The notes under the pieces are model-generated. The model did not search any database, was not told the origin of the DNA, and saw only the letters and a list, made by a program, of their open reading frames with translations. Both the position numbers and the translations under genes were made by a program. Shown one piece after another: positions 46,416 to 56,440 of a stretch of DNA of 64,000 nucleotides. Source of the DNA: Candidatus Eiseniibacteriota bacterium (lineage in GTDB: Bacteria; Eisenbacteria; RBG-16-71-46; CAVPCR01); assembly GCA_963823555.1 (NCBI GenBank), contig CAWGMA010000003.1:192001-256000 (forward strand), read 5' to 3'. Within the stretch, counting starts at the first letter, position 1; every line of letters begins with the position of its first letter.

Positions 46416-48071
46416 ATGAGTTCGCGACGGATGCAAGCCGGACGCAACGCGGTCGTCGCGTCCATCCTGTTCCTTGCCATCCTGGTGCTCGTCAACTACC
46501 TGGCGGCCAGGAATTTCTCCCGGATCGACTTGACCCAGAACAAGGAGTTCACGATCTCACCAGCGACCCGTTCCATTCTCGGGCGCATGGACGACATCGT
46601 GAACCTCAAGGTCTACTTCTCGAAGGACCTGCCCTCATATCTCGCCACACTGAACAGCGAGGTTCGAGATCTGCTCGACGAGTTCGCCGCCTATTCGCAC
46701 GGCAATCTGGTCGTCGATTTCGAGGATCCATCGACCGACCCCGAGGTCGAGAACCGGGTGCGGCGGCTCGGCATCCCCCAGGTCCAGCTCGATGTCATCC
46801 AGAGCGACAGCCGCTCGATCCAGAACGCCTACCTCGGCATGGCCATGCTCTATGAGGACCGCAGCGAGACCATTCCGGTGGTCTATTCGACCGAGAACCT
46901 GGAGTACGATCTGGCCTCCTCGATCGTCAAGGTCCTGCAAGAGAAGAAGAAGGTGATCGGTTTCCTGACCGGGCACGGCGAGCCGGGTATCAACGACGCG
47001 TTCGACCCCGTGCGCCAGGAAGCCGAGAAGCAGTACACGGTGCGCGCGGTGGATCTCCAGGGCGGGCGGAGCCCGGTGCCGGCCGACGTCGACGTGCTGG
47101 TCATCGCCGGCGCGGACGCGATCAGCGAACGCGAGAAGTACCTGATCGACCAGTACTTCATGCGCGGCGGACGCCTGATCGTGCTCGAGGACGCCATCGC
47201 GCTCATGGGCGGAGCCCTGCAGGCCCGGCCCCTGCGCTCGGGACTCGAGAACCTGCTCCCGGCCTACGGCGTGCGGATCGACGAGGATCTGGTCCTCGAC
47301 AACGTGAGCGCGACAGCCGGCTTCACCTCCGGCTACATGCGGTTCATGGTCCGGTATCCGTACTGGCCGCGCATCGTGAAGCAGAACTTCGATCAGACCA
47401 ATCCGATCGTGAGCAAGCTCGAATCGCTGGTGCTGCCGTGGGTGAGCCCGGTCGAGGAAACCGAGATGAAGCCGGCCGCGGTCACCTTCACCAAGCTCGC
47501 CTGGACGTCGGATCAGTCCTGGACGCAGAGCGGCCCCTTCAACCTGGCGCCGCAACAGCAGTGGATGCCGGATCCCAACCGCATCAAGAGCCATGGAGTG
47601 GTGGCGGCGCTCAGCGGCCAGTTCCAGAGCTATTTCGCCGGCAAGGACATCCCGCCGGCTCCGGCCGATACGACGGCGGGGGTGGCGCCGGCGCCGCCCG
47701 ACGAGCCGCTGATCGATCTCAGCACCGAGACGCAGCTCCTGGTGGTGGGGACCTCGCAGTTCATCAACGCCAACTTCCTGAGCCAGTATCCGTCGAACAT
47801 CACCTTCTTCCTGAACGCGCTCGATTGGATGGCGCTCGGAGACGAGCTCATCGCCATCCGCTCCCGTACGGTGAGCGACCGCCCCCTCGATCCCGAAATC
47901 CTCAAGGATGAGGCCGCCGGCAAGCGGAGCGCGATCAAGTACGCCGGGATCTTCGGCATGCCGATCCTGCTCACGATCTTCGGCATCGGCCAGTGGATGG
48001 CGCGACGGCGCGGGAAGCAGACGTTCGAGTCCGCGCTGCGAGGCCCCTCGGGGGGGACGGGGAGCATCTAG
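46416..48071 (+). CDS. GldG-family ABC transporter auxiliary component
   Basis: N-terminal TM, RIDLT....TIS, FLTGHGE, DQYFMRGG, N..FFLNALDWM...LIAIR, and a C-terminal TM. Confidence 0.88.
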   Translation: MSSRRMQAGRNAVVASILFLAILVLVNYLAARNFSRIDLTQNKEFTISPATRSILGRMDDIVNLKVYFSKDLPSYLATLNSEVRDLLDEFAAYSHGNLVVDFEDPSTDPEVENRVRRLGIPQVQLDVIQSDSRSIQNAYLGMAMLYEDRSETIPVVYSTENLEYDLASSIVKVLQEKKKVIGFLTGHGEPGINDAFDPVRQEAEKQYTVRAVDLQGGRSPVPADVDVLVIAGADAISEREKYLIDQYFMRGGRLIVLEDAIALMGGALQARPLRSGLENLLPAYGVRIDEDLVLDNVSATAGFTSGYMRFMVRYPYWPRIVKQNFDQTNPIVSKLESLVLPWVSPVEETEMKPAAVTFTKLAWTSDQSWTQSGPFNLAPQQQWMPDPNRIKSHGVVAALSGQFQSYFAGKDIPPAPADTTAGVAPAPPDEPLIDLSTETQLLVVGTSQFINANFLSQYPSNITFFLNALDWMALGDELIAIRSRTVSDRPLDPEILKDEAAGKRSAIKYAGIFGMPILLTIFGIGQWMARRRGKQTFESALRGPSGGTGSI

Positions 48072-48138
48072 CGGATCGCGCCCGGGTCGGCGCCGGCGGG
48101 AGGTTTGCCGGCGGCCGGACAGGAGGAGTAGGCAGGAC

Positions 48139-49140
48139 ATGGAAGCTCGACAGATGCGCAACATGGCGCTCGTTCTCCTGGGTCTCTTGCTCGTCGCTCT
48201 GGTCCTGGAACAGCCGTGGTCGGGAGGAAAGAAGAAGACAGACGAGCTCTACCCCGATTTCAAAGCGGAAGAGATCGATCGTATCCACGTCGTGAATCGT
48301 GCCGATACCGTCGATCTCGTGCTCCGCGATGGATTGTGGCTGATCGGCGGCCCACGCCCGTTGCCCGCCGATACCGCCTCGATCAACCGGGCGCTGGAGG
48401 CGGTCGACCGATTCGAGAAGACGCAGCTCGTGTCCAAGAACGCCGAGAAGTTCACGGTCTTCGAGGTCGATTCAGCGAGCGCGGCTCATGTCCAGCTCTA
48501 TGCCGGCGGCGGTGATCCCGTCGTCGACATGCTCCTCGGCAAGTTCACCCCGGAGGGGGGCAACTACTTCCGTCCATCCGGCGAGGAGTTCGTCTATTCC
48601 TCCACCGATCGGGTCCGGGCCCTCTTCGCGCGCGATGCGCGCGCCTGGCAGGATCGGAAGATCTTCGATGTCGAGCCGGTTGACCTCACCAGGCTCATAG
48701 TCGAGCGCGGTGATTCGACCATCGTCTTCGAGAAGGAGGCCGATGGCAGCTGGCTCCTCAAGGAGCCGCTCAGTTTCCCGGTGCGCACCGAAGAGATGGA
48801 CAACCTTCTACGCAACGTGGCCAAGCTCATCGCCAATGCCTATCCCGATTCCGCGGTCACGGTGGCCGAGGCCGGGCTCGACAAGCCCAGGCTCCGGGTG
48901 CGGGCGGAGCGCCTCGACGGCACCGGGATCGAGCTCCTGGTCGGGGCGCAAGGCGGCAACGGGCTCTACTACGCCAAGGCCGCGGACCGCGACTGGATCT
49001 ACGAGCTGGCGCCCTACCGCATCGATCCCTTCTACAAGGATCTCCTGAGCATGAAGGCCGAGGCGCCGCCGGCGCCTCCGGCAGGAGAAGCTCCGTCAGG
49101 CGATGCTCCGGCCGGCGGAGCGCCGGGCACGAGCGGATAA
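48139..49140 (+). CDS. DUF4340-domain protein
   Basis: N-terminal TM and duplicated 'W....P' domains separated by WQDRKIF. Usual position after gldG-like genes. Confidence 0.75.
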   Translation: MEARQMRNMALVLLGLLLVALVLEQPWSGGKKKTDELYPDFKAEEIDRIHVVNRADTVDLVLRDGLWLIGGPRPLPADTASINRALEAVDRFEKTQLVSKNAEKFTVFEVDSASAAHVQLYAGGGDPVVDMLLGKFTPEGGNYFRPSGEEFVYSSTDRVRALFARDARAWQDRKIFDVEPVDLTRLIVERGDSTIVFEKEADGSWLLKEPLSFPVRTEEMDNLLRNVAKLIANAYPDSAVTVAEAGLDKPRLRVRAERLDGTGIELLVGAQGGNGLYYAKAADRDWIYELAPYRIDPFYKDLLSMKAEAPPAPPAGEAPSGDAPAGGAPGTSG

Positions 49141-49185
49141 ACGGCTGCCGTCGAATCGATCCCGGCGCCACCTCGCCGGCGCGAG

Positions 49186-50487
49186 ATGATAAGGTCGCGC
49201 GCCATGAAGCGAGCATCGGGCATCGAGACGGGCGCGCAGCGCACCCACCCCTGGCGGTCGGGCCTCGCCGCGCTGGTGGTCTTGACCTCCATGGCCGTGT
49301 GGTCGCCGGCCGAGGTCTCCGCCTCCGATGATGCGAGTCCCGGCACGGAGGGTGCCGCCGACTCGATTCTTGTCGCCCTCGATCGCGATGCGCGCGAGGC
49401 AATGACCGGGCGCGACCTGGAGCGGCTCCTGGACCTCGGCGATGAGGCCCGGGTCTTTCCGGTCGGGATGGGGACCCCGCTCATCGAGGTCCTGGCGGCG
49501 GTCGCCGACCTTCGCGCCGGCAGCATCCCCGCTGCCGTCACGCGCCTCCGCTACGTCAGCCCGCTCGCCGTGGTGGCGGTCATTGCCGTCACCGCGCTGG
49601 CTGCGGTCCTCCTCGCCATCTGTCTCTATCTCCCGATCGCGCTCTTCGTCTGGGTGGCCGGCGAGCGCCGCATGGTCGCCGACCTGGCGGCGAGCACGTC
49701 CGGGGATGGTGATGGCGTGCCTCCGGCCAAGTCCGACCGCGCCGCCCGGCGCGCCCTGGCCTCCTGGCGCGCTCCGCTCGGGCTCGGAGCCGGGCTCTTC
49801 CTGACCGCGATCGACGATCTGATCGGTATCGGCGCCGCCTTCGCCATCGCCTGGATTGGCTTCGGCGCGCCCGAGTCGGTGCTGGCCATCGACGACATCA
49901 CGCGTGCCGGGGCCATCTCCACGCTCGCCGGCACCGCAGCCGGCAACCTGGGGACGCTGCTCCTGGTCGCTTTCGTCTATCGCGCGCGGGGAGTGGGCAT
50001 GGGTGGCGCCGGCCTGGCGCCGGTGTCCGCCCGCGACGTCCTGCGCCCGGCTCTTCTCCTCAGCGTGCCTCTGGTCATCCTCTCCGCAGCGCACGACCTC
50101 GCCTTCACGAAGATCGTGGGCCGTGAACCACACTCGAACGCCGAGCCGTTGCTCGAGATGCTGCTCGGACCGGCCGGGGGAATGTTGGGTGTGGTGGCGG
50201 TCGCGGTCACGGTTGTCGTCACCGCGCCGGTCATCGAAGAGGTGGTCTATCGCGGGGTGATCTATCGGGCCTTTCGCGATCGCGCCGGGGTGCCGCTGGC
50301 GGTGTTCGCCTCGGGCTTCATCTTCGCCGTCGCCCACCTCGACATGGACCACGTGCTCCCGCTGTGGTGGATCGGGATGACCCTGGCGCTGGTGGTGGAG
50401 CGCACCGGATCGATCATCCCCGCCATCGCGCTCCACGCCCTCTATAACGCGCTCTCGCTCATCCTCTACCTGATGGGACGGGTCTGA
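49186..50487 (+). CDS. CPBP (CAAX/Abi) intramembrane metalloprotease with N-terminal extension
   Basis: APVIEEVVYRG, FAVAH and HALYN. Start at 49186 or 49204. Confidence 0.85.
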   Translation: MIRSRAMKRASGIETGAQRTHPWRSGLAALVVLTSMAVWSPAEVSASDDASPGTEGAADSILVALDRDAREAMTGRDLERLLDLGDEARVFPVGMGTPLIEVLAAVADLRAGSIPAAVTRLRYVSPLAVVAVIAVTALAAVLLAICLYLPIALFVWVAGERRMVADLAASTSGDGDGVPPAKSDRAARRALASWRAPLGLGAGLFLTAIDDLIGIGAAFAIAWIGFGAPESVLAIDDITRAGAISTLAGTAAGNLGTLLLVAFVYRARGVGMGGAGLAPVSARDVLRPALLLSVPLVILSAAHDLAFTKIVGREPHSNAEPLLEMLLGPAGGMLGVVAVAVTVVVTAPVIEEVVYRGVIYRAFRDRAGVPLAVFASGFIFAVAHLDMDHVLPLWWIGMTLALVVERTGSIIPAIALHALYNALSLILYLMGRV

Positions 50488-50497
50488 CTCCTGCGGA

Positions 50498-52573
50498 TCA
50501 GGGGGCGATGATCACGCGCTGCGAAGCCTGGCGCCCTCCCGCGTCCAGGCTCAAGAAGTAGACCCCGGGCGCGAGATCGCGATTCAGCGTGAAACGATGG
50601 CTGCCGGCCGCCTGCATGCCCTGATCGATGCGCGCCGCCACCCTCCCCGTGACGTCCACCAGGCGGACGACGACCTCGAGCGGTCGATCGAGCGAGTACT
50701 CGACGGCAAACGGCCCCGGGGCCGGGTTGGGCCGGACCGGGGCGAGCTGGAAGGCCAGGGCGGGGGAGGCCACCGGGCCGGGCGTGGCCGTGGTCGGCGG
50801 ATCCACCTCGACCGCGCCGCGGAGGATCCAGTAGTACGGGTCGAAGAGCACGGCAACCGGCTCCCCGCTCGCGGCGACTGCAAAGCTCTGCACGGCGAGA
50901 CTGTCGGTGATCACCGACCAGGTGGTGTCGCCGGCGGCACTGACGACGCCGATATCGATCGGCATCGTGAACGGCGGTGCATTGATCTGCACCTGCTCGA
51001 CATGCAGGCTCACCGCCCAGTCGCCGCCGCCCCGATCCACCGGCAGCCACCAGTAGGTGTAGAGCGGGCGGTTCACGCCGTAGATCCAGGGCATGAAGAA
51101 CCAGTCGAGATCGGCGCCATGGATCGACTCGGCGAGGGCCTGGAAGTCCGCGGTCACGGCGTTCCCGTATGCGTACTGGATCGCCCACTGGCGGAGCAGC
51201 TGTTCGAAGGCGGCATCTCCCATCACATGGCGGAGCATGTGCAGCACCCACCCGCCCTTCTTGTAGACGGTGCTGCTGAAGAGGTAGGTCGGATCGTAGA
51301 TCGGCCCCTGGAAGGAGCCGATGTCGAGCCCGCGCATGTAGAGGACATAGGCATCGAATCCCTGCACGGCCTCGACCCAGACCGCCTCGCTGTAGGTGGC
51401 GAAGCCCTCGTTGAGCCAGATATCCCGCCAGTCCCCGAGCGTGACGGAATCCCCCCACCACTGGTGGGACAGCTCGTGCGCCACGACCCAGTCATAGGAG
51501 TGGTCGCCGCGGGTGAGACCCGCCGAGTAGGTGGTGCAGGTCTGATGCTCCATGGCGCCGCCCCACTGGAACATCGCCATCCCGTACTTCTCCGCGAGGA
51601 ACGGGTACTCCCCGAAACGGTCGGCGTAGATCTCGATCATGGGCACGGTGACGCTCCAGTCCTCCTGTGCCTGTGTGAGCCGCTCCGGATACGAGTAGAA
51701 GATGACCGGCATCGTGTCCTGGCTCGCCGAAATGTACTGGTCCTCGAAGACGGTGAAGTTGGTCGCGGTGACGCTCACCAGGTAGGTCGAGATCGGATAG
51801 ATCTCCCGCCAGTGGTAGGTGATCTTGCCTGGGGCCGGCGCGGTGGTGCCGACGAGGAGGCCGTTCGAGGCGACGACCATGGTGTCGGGTACGGTGAAGT
51901 GCAAGTCCGCCGTGGCCTTGTCGTCCGGCACGTCCTTGCAGGGCCACCAGTTCCGCGCGTAGTTGGGCTCGGAGAGGGAGGCGGCGATCAGCGCGCCGTT
52001 GTGGGCTCCGAAGCCGAAGGCCAGGAATCCCCCTTGGGCCGGTTGCCCACCATAGGTGACCCGCACCGCGAACGGCTCGCCGGGGGCAAAGGGCCGGTCG
52101 AGGTTCACGGTGAGGAGGTTGTTGGCGTGAGTGTAGGGGAGCGGGATGCCGTCGCGGTCGACCGCGCTCACCACCATGGCGGGGTGCAGATCGAGGACGA
52201 GCGTCGTCAGGCTCGCCACGATGCTCTCGCTGGTCACCGTGAGGACGCCGCTGATCGATTCGCCGATGAAATCGATGTCGAGAGCGAGGTCATAGTGGAG
52301 GACATCGAAGTCGGTCTGACCCAGGGCCGGCTCGATGGACATCGGCTCGCGCTGCATCTCGAGGGCGTGCTTGGCATCGATCAGCGGGTGCGGTTCCTGG
52401 GGGAACAGCGCCGGATCAGCGAAGGGATGCAGCTCGAGCGGCGTGGCAAGAGCCGGTGGCGCGAGGAAGAGGGCCGTGGTCAGGGCGAGCGCCAGCGCGA
52501 GCGGGAGGACGGGCCACAAGAGTCGGATCCGGGAGGCGGATCCCGGACTGGGGCGCCGCGGAAGACCGATCAT
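50498..52573 (-). CDS. Secreted M1-family aminopeptidase with C-terminal sorting-type domain
   Basis: Signal peptide. GAMEH, HELSHQWWG, WLNEGFATY and YKKG. C-terminal PNP...PGVYF. Confidence 0.92.
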   Translation of the reverse strand: MIGLPRRPSPGSASRIRLLWPVLPLALALALTTALFLAPPALATPLELHPFADPALFPQEPHPLIDAKHALEMQREPMSIEPALGQTDFDVLHYDLALDIDFIGESISGVLTVTSESIVASLTTLVLDLHPAMVVSAVDRDGIPLPYTHANNLLTVNLDRPFAPGEPFAVRVTYGGQPAQGGFLAFGFGAHNGALIAASLSEPNYARNWWPCKDVPDDKATADLHFTVPDTMVVASNGLLVGTTAPAPGKITYHWREIYPISTYLVSVTATNFTVFEDQYISASQDTMPVIFYSYPERLTQAQEDWSVTVPMIEIYADRFGEYPFLAEKYGMAMFQWGGAMEHQTCTTYSAGLTRGDHSYDWVVAHELSHQWWGDSVTLGDWRDIWLNEGFATYSEAVWVEAVQGFDAYVLYMRGLDIGSFQGPIYDPTYLFSSTVYKKGGWVLHMLRHVMGDAAFEQLLRQWAIQYAYGNAVTADFQALAESIHGADLDWFFMPWIYGVNRPLYTYWWLPVDRGGGDWAVSLHVEQVQINAPPFTMPIDIGVVSAAGDTTWSVITDSLAVQSFAVAASGEPVAVLFDPYYWILRGAVEVDPPTTATPGPVASPALAFQLAPVRPNPAPGPFAVEYSLDRPLEVVVRLVDVTGRVAARIDQGMQAAGSHRFTLNRDLAPGVYFLSLDAGGRQASQRVIIAP

Positions 52574-52799
52574 GGTTGAGGTATCTCCTCGTCAGGACGG
52601 TGATGGTCGGGAAAGCGTCCGAGGGACCCAGAACAGGCCATCGCCAGGTGGGGCCGCCGCCGGCGGTTGTTCGATATCTGGCTGGTGGGAGCGCACCACC
52701 ATTATACACGAGCAGCCGGCCACGGCGCTGACCAGCAGAAGACCGTTCTGATTCAACCTGGAACAGGGCCTCAGCCGGGGCATTGCCCCCTCGTTCAGG

Positions 52800-52828
52800 T
52801 TGACGGCACTGCCGGGGGAGGGGAGAAT
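52800..52828 (+). promoter_or_regulatory. Putative promoter of the TPR-barrel-cohesin-adhesin operon
   Basis: TTGACG-N17-GAGAAT. A divergent TATAAT lies on the minus strand at 52701-52706. Confidence 0.5.
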
Positions 52829-52953
52829 TGATGCCGCGTTCGCGTCCCAGCACAGGAAAGCCTGGGAATCGCGCGACTTCACCCGCTGCTGCCACCGATG
52901 TTCGGGTGCCCCCGGCTGCGGGCGACGGAGTAACCACCACGCCCACAGACCTC

Positions 52954-54303
52954 ATGCTCGAGCGCATCAATCACCATCAACTCGGCGTCCACATCCTGAG
53001 CCTGTTCCTGGCCGTTTCCGTCTCGGCATGTGTCCCGGTCTACGAGCGGCGCCTGGAGCGCTACCGGGCCGGCGGCGACCTCGCTGCCGCCGAGCAACTC
53101 CTCGATTCGGCTCTGGAGGGGCATCCCGACAACCCGGACGTTCTGCGCGATAGCGGCATCGTCGCGTTCGAGCAGGGTGATCTGGATCAGGCGATCGATC
53201 GGCTGGCTCGTGCCCATGCGCTCGATCCCGATGACGGACGCACCGAGGTCTACCTGGCAGCCGCCTACGAGAGATCCTCCCGCTACGCTGAGGCCGCCGT
53301 CCACTATCGCCACCTGGAGCACCGCGTGGTCGCCGGAGACGGGATCAGCGATTACGAAGCCGATCTCATTTGCCGGCGCAGCCTCGTCGAGTCGCAGTAC
53401 GTGGCTGACCTCGTGGCGACGCGCCTGGCCGAGGAGAAGGCCGGAACCCTCCCTCCCGGCGACCGGCTGCTCATCCTGCCCTTCAGGCTGTATCAGGCGA
53501 CGCCCGGCGCCCAGAGTCTCAGGCTCGGGCTGGCCTCGGTGCTGAGCGCTGACTGGAGGGCCGCGCCGTCACCGGAAGCGGTGCCTTTCGCCGAGGTCGA
53601 GGCTTTCATGACCGCGCTCGAGGTGCCTCTCGATGCGGTGATCGGCAACGACCTGCGCGATCGGCTGGCCCGCCTCACGGGGGCTCGTTACGTTCTCGAC
53701 GGCACGCTGTCGGATGTGGGAGAGGTCATCTCGGCGGCTCCCGTGCTCATCGACCTGAATGCCCGCTCCGCCGCTGGCGAGGACAACGCCTCGCCACGGG
53801 AGGTGCATCTCGAGTACCAGCAGGCACGCACCGGATCTCTCGTCGAGTTCGAGCAGACGCTGCTCTTCCACGTGACCCAGGCCCTCGAGATCGAGTTCTC
53901 GCCGGTGGATGAGGCAGGGATGAGGCGCTTCTCCTCCCAGAGCGGATATGCCATCGCTCTCTATGGTGAGGGTATGGCCCTCGAGCGGGCAGGAGACCGG
54001 GCGGCGGCAATGGAAAAGCTGGCCCAGGCCACCGCCCTCGATCCAGACTTCGCCGCGGCGCGGGAAGCCCAGCTGCGGCTCACGTCTTGTCGCGGAAAGG
54101 CGGGGGAGCCGGAGTCGGTCCTTCAAGCCTACGAGGTCGCGCTCGCGGACGCCCGAGCCCGCTCATCCGAACGCGACCTCCTTGCCCGCACCACGAACGA
54201 GGTGGGGCGAGTGGGCGGGCCCGCCGGAGATGGCGACAACTTCTCCATCAATCGCGCGGCGGGAGCCGGCTCGGCCGTGTTCCCGGTGCGGTTGCCGCGA
54301 TGA
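52954..54303 (+). CDS. TPR lipoprotein with CsgG/FlgO/TolB-N-like alpha/beta domain
   Basis: Lipobox VSAC, TPR helices, LLILPF...GLASVLSAD...LARLTGARYVLDG, and a further TPR (ALDPDF). Confidence 0.7.
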   Translation: MLERINHHQLGVHILSLFLAVSVSACVPVYERRLERYRAGGDLAAAEQLLDSALEGHPDNPDVLRDSGIVAFEQGDLDQAIDRLARAHALDPDDGRTEVYLAAAYERSSRYAEAAVHYRHLEHRVVAGDGISDYEADLICRRSLVESQYVADLVATRLAEEKAGTLPPGDRLLILPFRLYQATPGAQSLRLGLASVLSADWRAAPSPEAVPFAEVEAFMTALEVPLDAVIGNDLRDRLARLTGARYVLDGTLSDVGEVISAAPVLIDLNARSAAGEDNASPREVHLEYQQARTGSLVEFEQTLLFHVTQALEIEFSPVDEAGMRRFSSQSGYAIALYGEGMALERAGDRAAAMEKLAQATALDPDFAAAREAQLRLTSCRGKAGEPESVLQAYEVALADARARSSERDLLARTTNEVGRVGGPAGDGDNFSINRAAGAGSAVFPVRLPR

Positions 54304-55556
54304 TGGGCCCGATGCGCGCATCACTCGCCCGGAGGCGGCCACAGCCGGCAGCTGAGATGGAAAGGCCCGGCCCTGGCTCGACGACGTGGGCCGTCATCAT
54401 CTTCGGGCTTCAGCTCCTCGTCCTTGGGTCCACTGTGTCCTGGGCGGATTCCATCGTGCAGCGCGAGTTGCAGCCGTTCGATGTCGGTCCGACTCCGATC
54501 GGCGCCACCTCGATCGATGTCGGTCTCAACTACCGCACCTGGTCCATCCAGCAGGAGAGCGGCGACTCGAGCGTCGATCAGTTCGCCGTACCCGTCTTCG
54601 TGCGCACATCGCTCACGAAGAGCCTCGATTTCTCCTACCTGTTCAGCGCCGCCTCCTCCGGCCTCTCCCTCGGTGCCGGTGAGGAAGGAACGCTCGAGGG
54701 TGTGACCGACGGCAAGCTCGGCGTCAACTACCTCCTCCCCGGCAATCGCGTCTCCCTCGGGCTCGGCGTGCGTGTGCCCACCGGCGAGAGCGTCCTCGAT
54801 CCGCAGGAGGATGCGGTGGCCCGGGTCCTCAATGACCGCATCCTCGGATTCTGGGTGAAACGCTACGGGGAGGGCACCGATGTCGAGATGCGCGGCGGCT
54901 ACTCGGCCGTCCTGGGGCGCGGCGTCGCCCTCGCGGGTGGTGTCTCCTACACCCTGAAGGGCGACTTCCCCTTCCAGGACCCCCTGTCCGGAGTCGAGGC
55001 CAACTACGAGCCTGGAGATGAGCTATCGGTTCTGGTCCGACTCGAGGCGCGGGCCATCGCCCGGGACTGGCGGACTCAGGTTCGTTTCGCCACGTACGGA
55101 ACCGATCAGCGCGACGGCGTGGACGAGATCCAGGAAGGGAGCGAGGTCGAGCTCGGCTTGACCATGGCCGAGGAGCATCTGGCGGGGGTCCTCGAGCTCG
55201 ACGCGGGAGCGCTCTTCAAGCAAGACACCGAGATCGTGAGCGCCGAGGGCGCGTCTCCGGTCCGTGATGTCGGTGGCAATATCTTGCGAGTAGGAGGGGG
55301 ATTCTACGGCAAGCTGAGCGCGGCGAGCCGTCTGGGCGGACGGGTCGGAGCCAGCTGGTACGGCGAAGCGAAAAGCGGCACGGGCGATGGTTTCGTGTTC
55401 GAGGTCGGTCCGCGCTACCGGCGGCAGTTCGGATCCGCCATCACTGCCGATCTTGCCTACACCTTCTATGCGGGTAATGCCGAGGACAAGACCATCGATT
55501 TGATCGGTCACGACGTGACGATCGCGTTCGGACTCCTCGCCTGGGGCCGGCGATGA
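54300..55556 (+). CDS. Putative outer-membrane beta-barrel protein
   Basis: Signal-like N-terminus and numerous amphipathic beta strands with aromatic ends. ATGA overlaps on both sides. Confidence 0.65.
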   Translation: MMGPMRASLARRRPQPAAEMERPGPGSTTWAVIIFGLQLLVLGSTVSWADSIVQRELQPFDVGPTPIGATSIDVGLNYRTWSIQQESGDSSVDQFAVPVFVRTSLTKSLDFSYLFSAASSGLSLGAGEEGTLEGVTDGKLGVNYLLPGNRVSLGLGVRVPTGESVLDPQEDAVARVLNDRILGFWVKRYGEGTDVEMRGGYSAVLGRGVALAGGVSYTLKGDFPFQDPLSGVEANYEPGDELSVLVRLEARAIARDWRTQVRFATYGTDQRDGVDEIQEGSEVELGLTMAEEHLAGVLELDAGALFKQDTEIVSAEGASPVRDVGGNILRVGGGFYGKLSAASRLGGRVGASWYGEAKSGTGDGFVFEVGPRYRRQFGSAITADLAYTFYAGNAEDKTIDLIGHDVTIAFGLLAWGRR

Positions 55557-56440
55557 GGGGGCCGCTGACCTCGCGGCGCGCCCTGCGCGCGGTCGCGCTC
55601 CTCGCCATCCTCATCATCGGCGCCGACTGCGCCCACGATCCGGCCGTGGCCCCCATCGTGGCCCCTGGCGCCGTGTCCTTCGCCGTCCATGTGGTCGAGG
55701 GTCCACTGGCGCCCGCCGCGGGAGCTCCAGGTGTCCGGGGGGCGGCTCCCTGCGAGCCCGTACCGACCGGATTTCCGACCGAGGTCGAAGTCGAGATCGA
55801 CCTCCGTTCCGAGGTCGGAGAGACGAGCACGCACACCTTCACGATCCCGGCGCGCACCGAGTCGAGTGACCTCGTCATCGGCGACCTGCCTCCGGGGAGT
55901 GGCTACTCGGCGCAGCTCACCGTGACGGCCCTCAAGGAGATCGTGTTCACGGGTCATGGCGGTCCGTTCGCCGTGCCCTCCGGGTCCAGACAGCGGATCG
56001 TCGTTCCGCTCTACCCCACCGGCCGCCGGGCGGTGCTCGCGATCGGCGCGCCGCAGATCGCGGCCAATGACGAGATCGTGATCCCCGTCATGGCGTCCCA
56101 CTCGGCGCCCGTGCGCGCGATCGAGCTCGATCTCTGCTTCGATTCGGCTCTCCTCGAGCCGCTCGGGGCTGCGGCGACGGGAACCAGGGTCGCCGCCTTC
56201 CGCGGCGCGGGCGGCCAGCCCGGGGTCCCCGGTCTCTACCGCGCCGTCTTGTGGTCGGAGGACGGCGCAGCCAGGATCGCCCCCGGCCAGGACGAGGTGC
56301 TCGAGATCCGATTCCGTTTCCGGCCGGAGGCGCCGGGCGACCTCGTGACCGATCTCATCTTCCAGGGCGCCATCTTCACCGATGCCGCGGCTGAGCCGCC
56401 CTTCACGGTCTACTTCTTCGACGGCCAGGTGCGGCGATGA
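55553..56440 (+). CDS. Exported (probable lipo)protein with C-terminal cohesin-like domain
   Basis: Signal ending in ADC. C-terminal pattern IVIPV...IELDLCFDSALL...G..EVLEIRFRF...DGQV. Confidence 0.65.
   Translation: MRGPLTSRRALRAVALLAILIIGADCAHDPAVAPIVAPGAVSFAVHVVEGPLAPAAGAPGVRGAAPCEPVPTGFPTEVEVEIDLRSEVGETSTHTFTIPARTESSDLVIGDLPPGSGYSAQLTVTALKEIVFTGHGGPFAVPSGSRQRIVVPLYPTGRRAVLAIGAPQIAANDEIVIPVMASHSAPVRAIELDLCFDSALLEPLGAAATGTRVAAFRGAGGQPGVPGLYRAVLWSEDGAARIAPGQDEVLEIRFRFRPEAPGDLVTDLIFQGAIFTDAAAEPPFTVYFFDGQVRR

Noticed and set aside
50597..52579. Long antisense ORFs (also 3028-4887, 22672-24399, 27675-29687, 44546-46255, 61239-62726)
   Set aside because: They lie opposite well-supported genes, have no motifs, and are expected from GC-rich codon bias.
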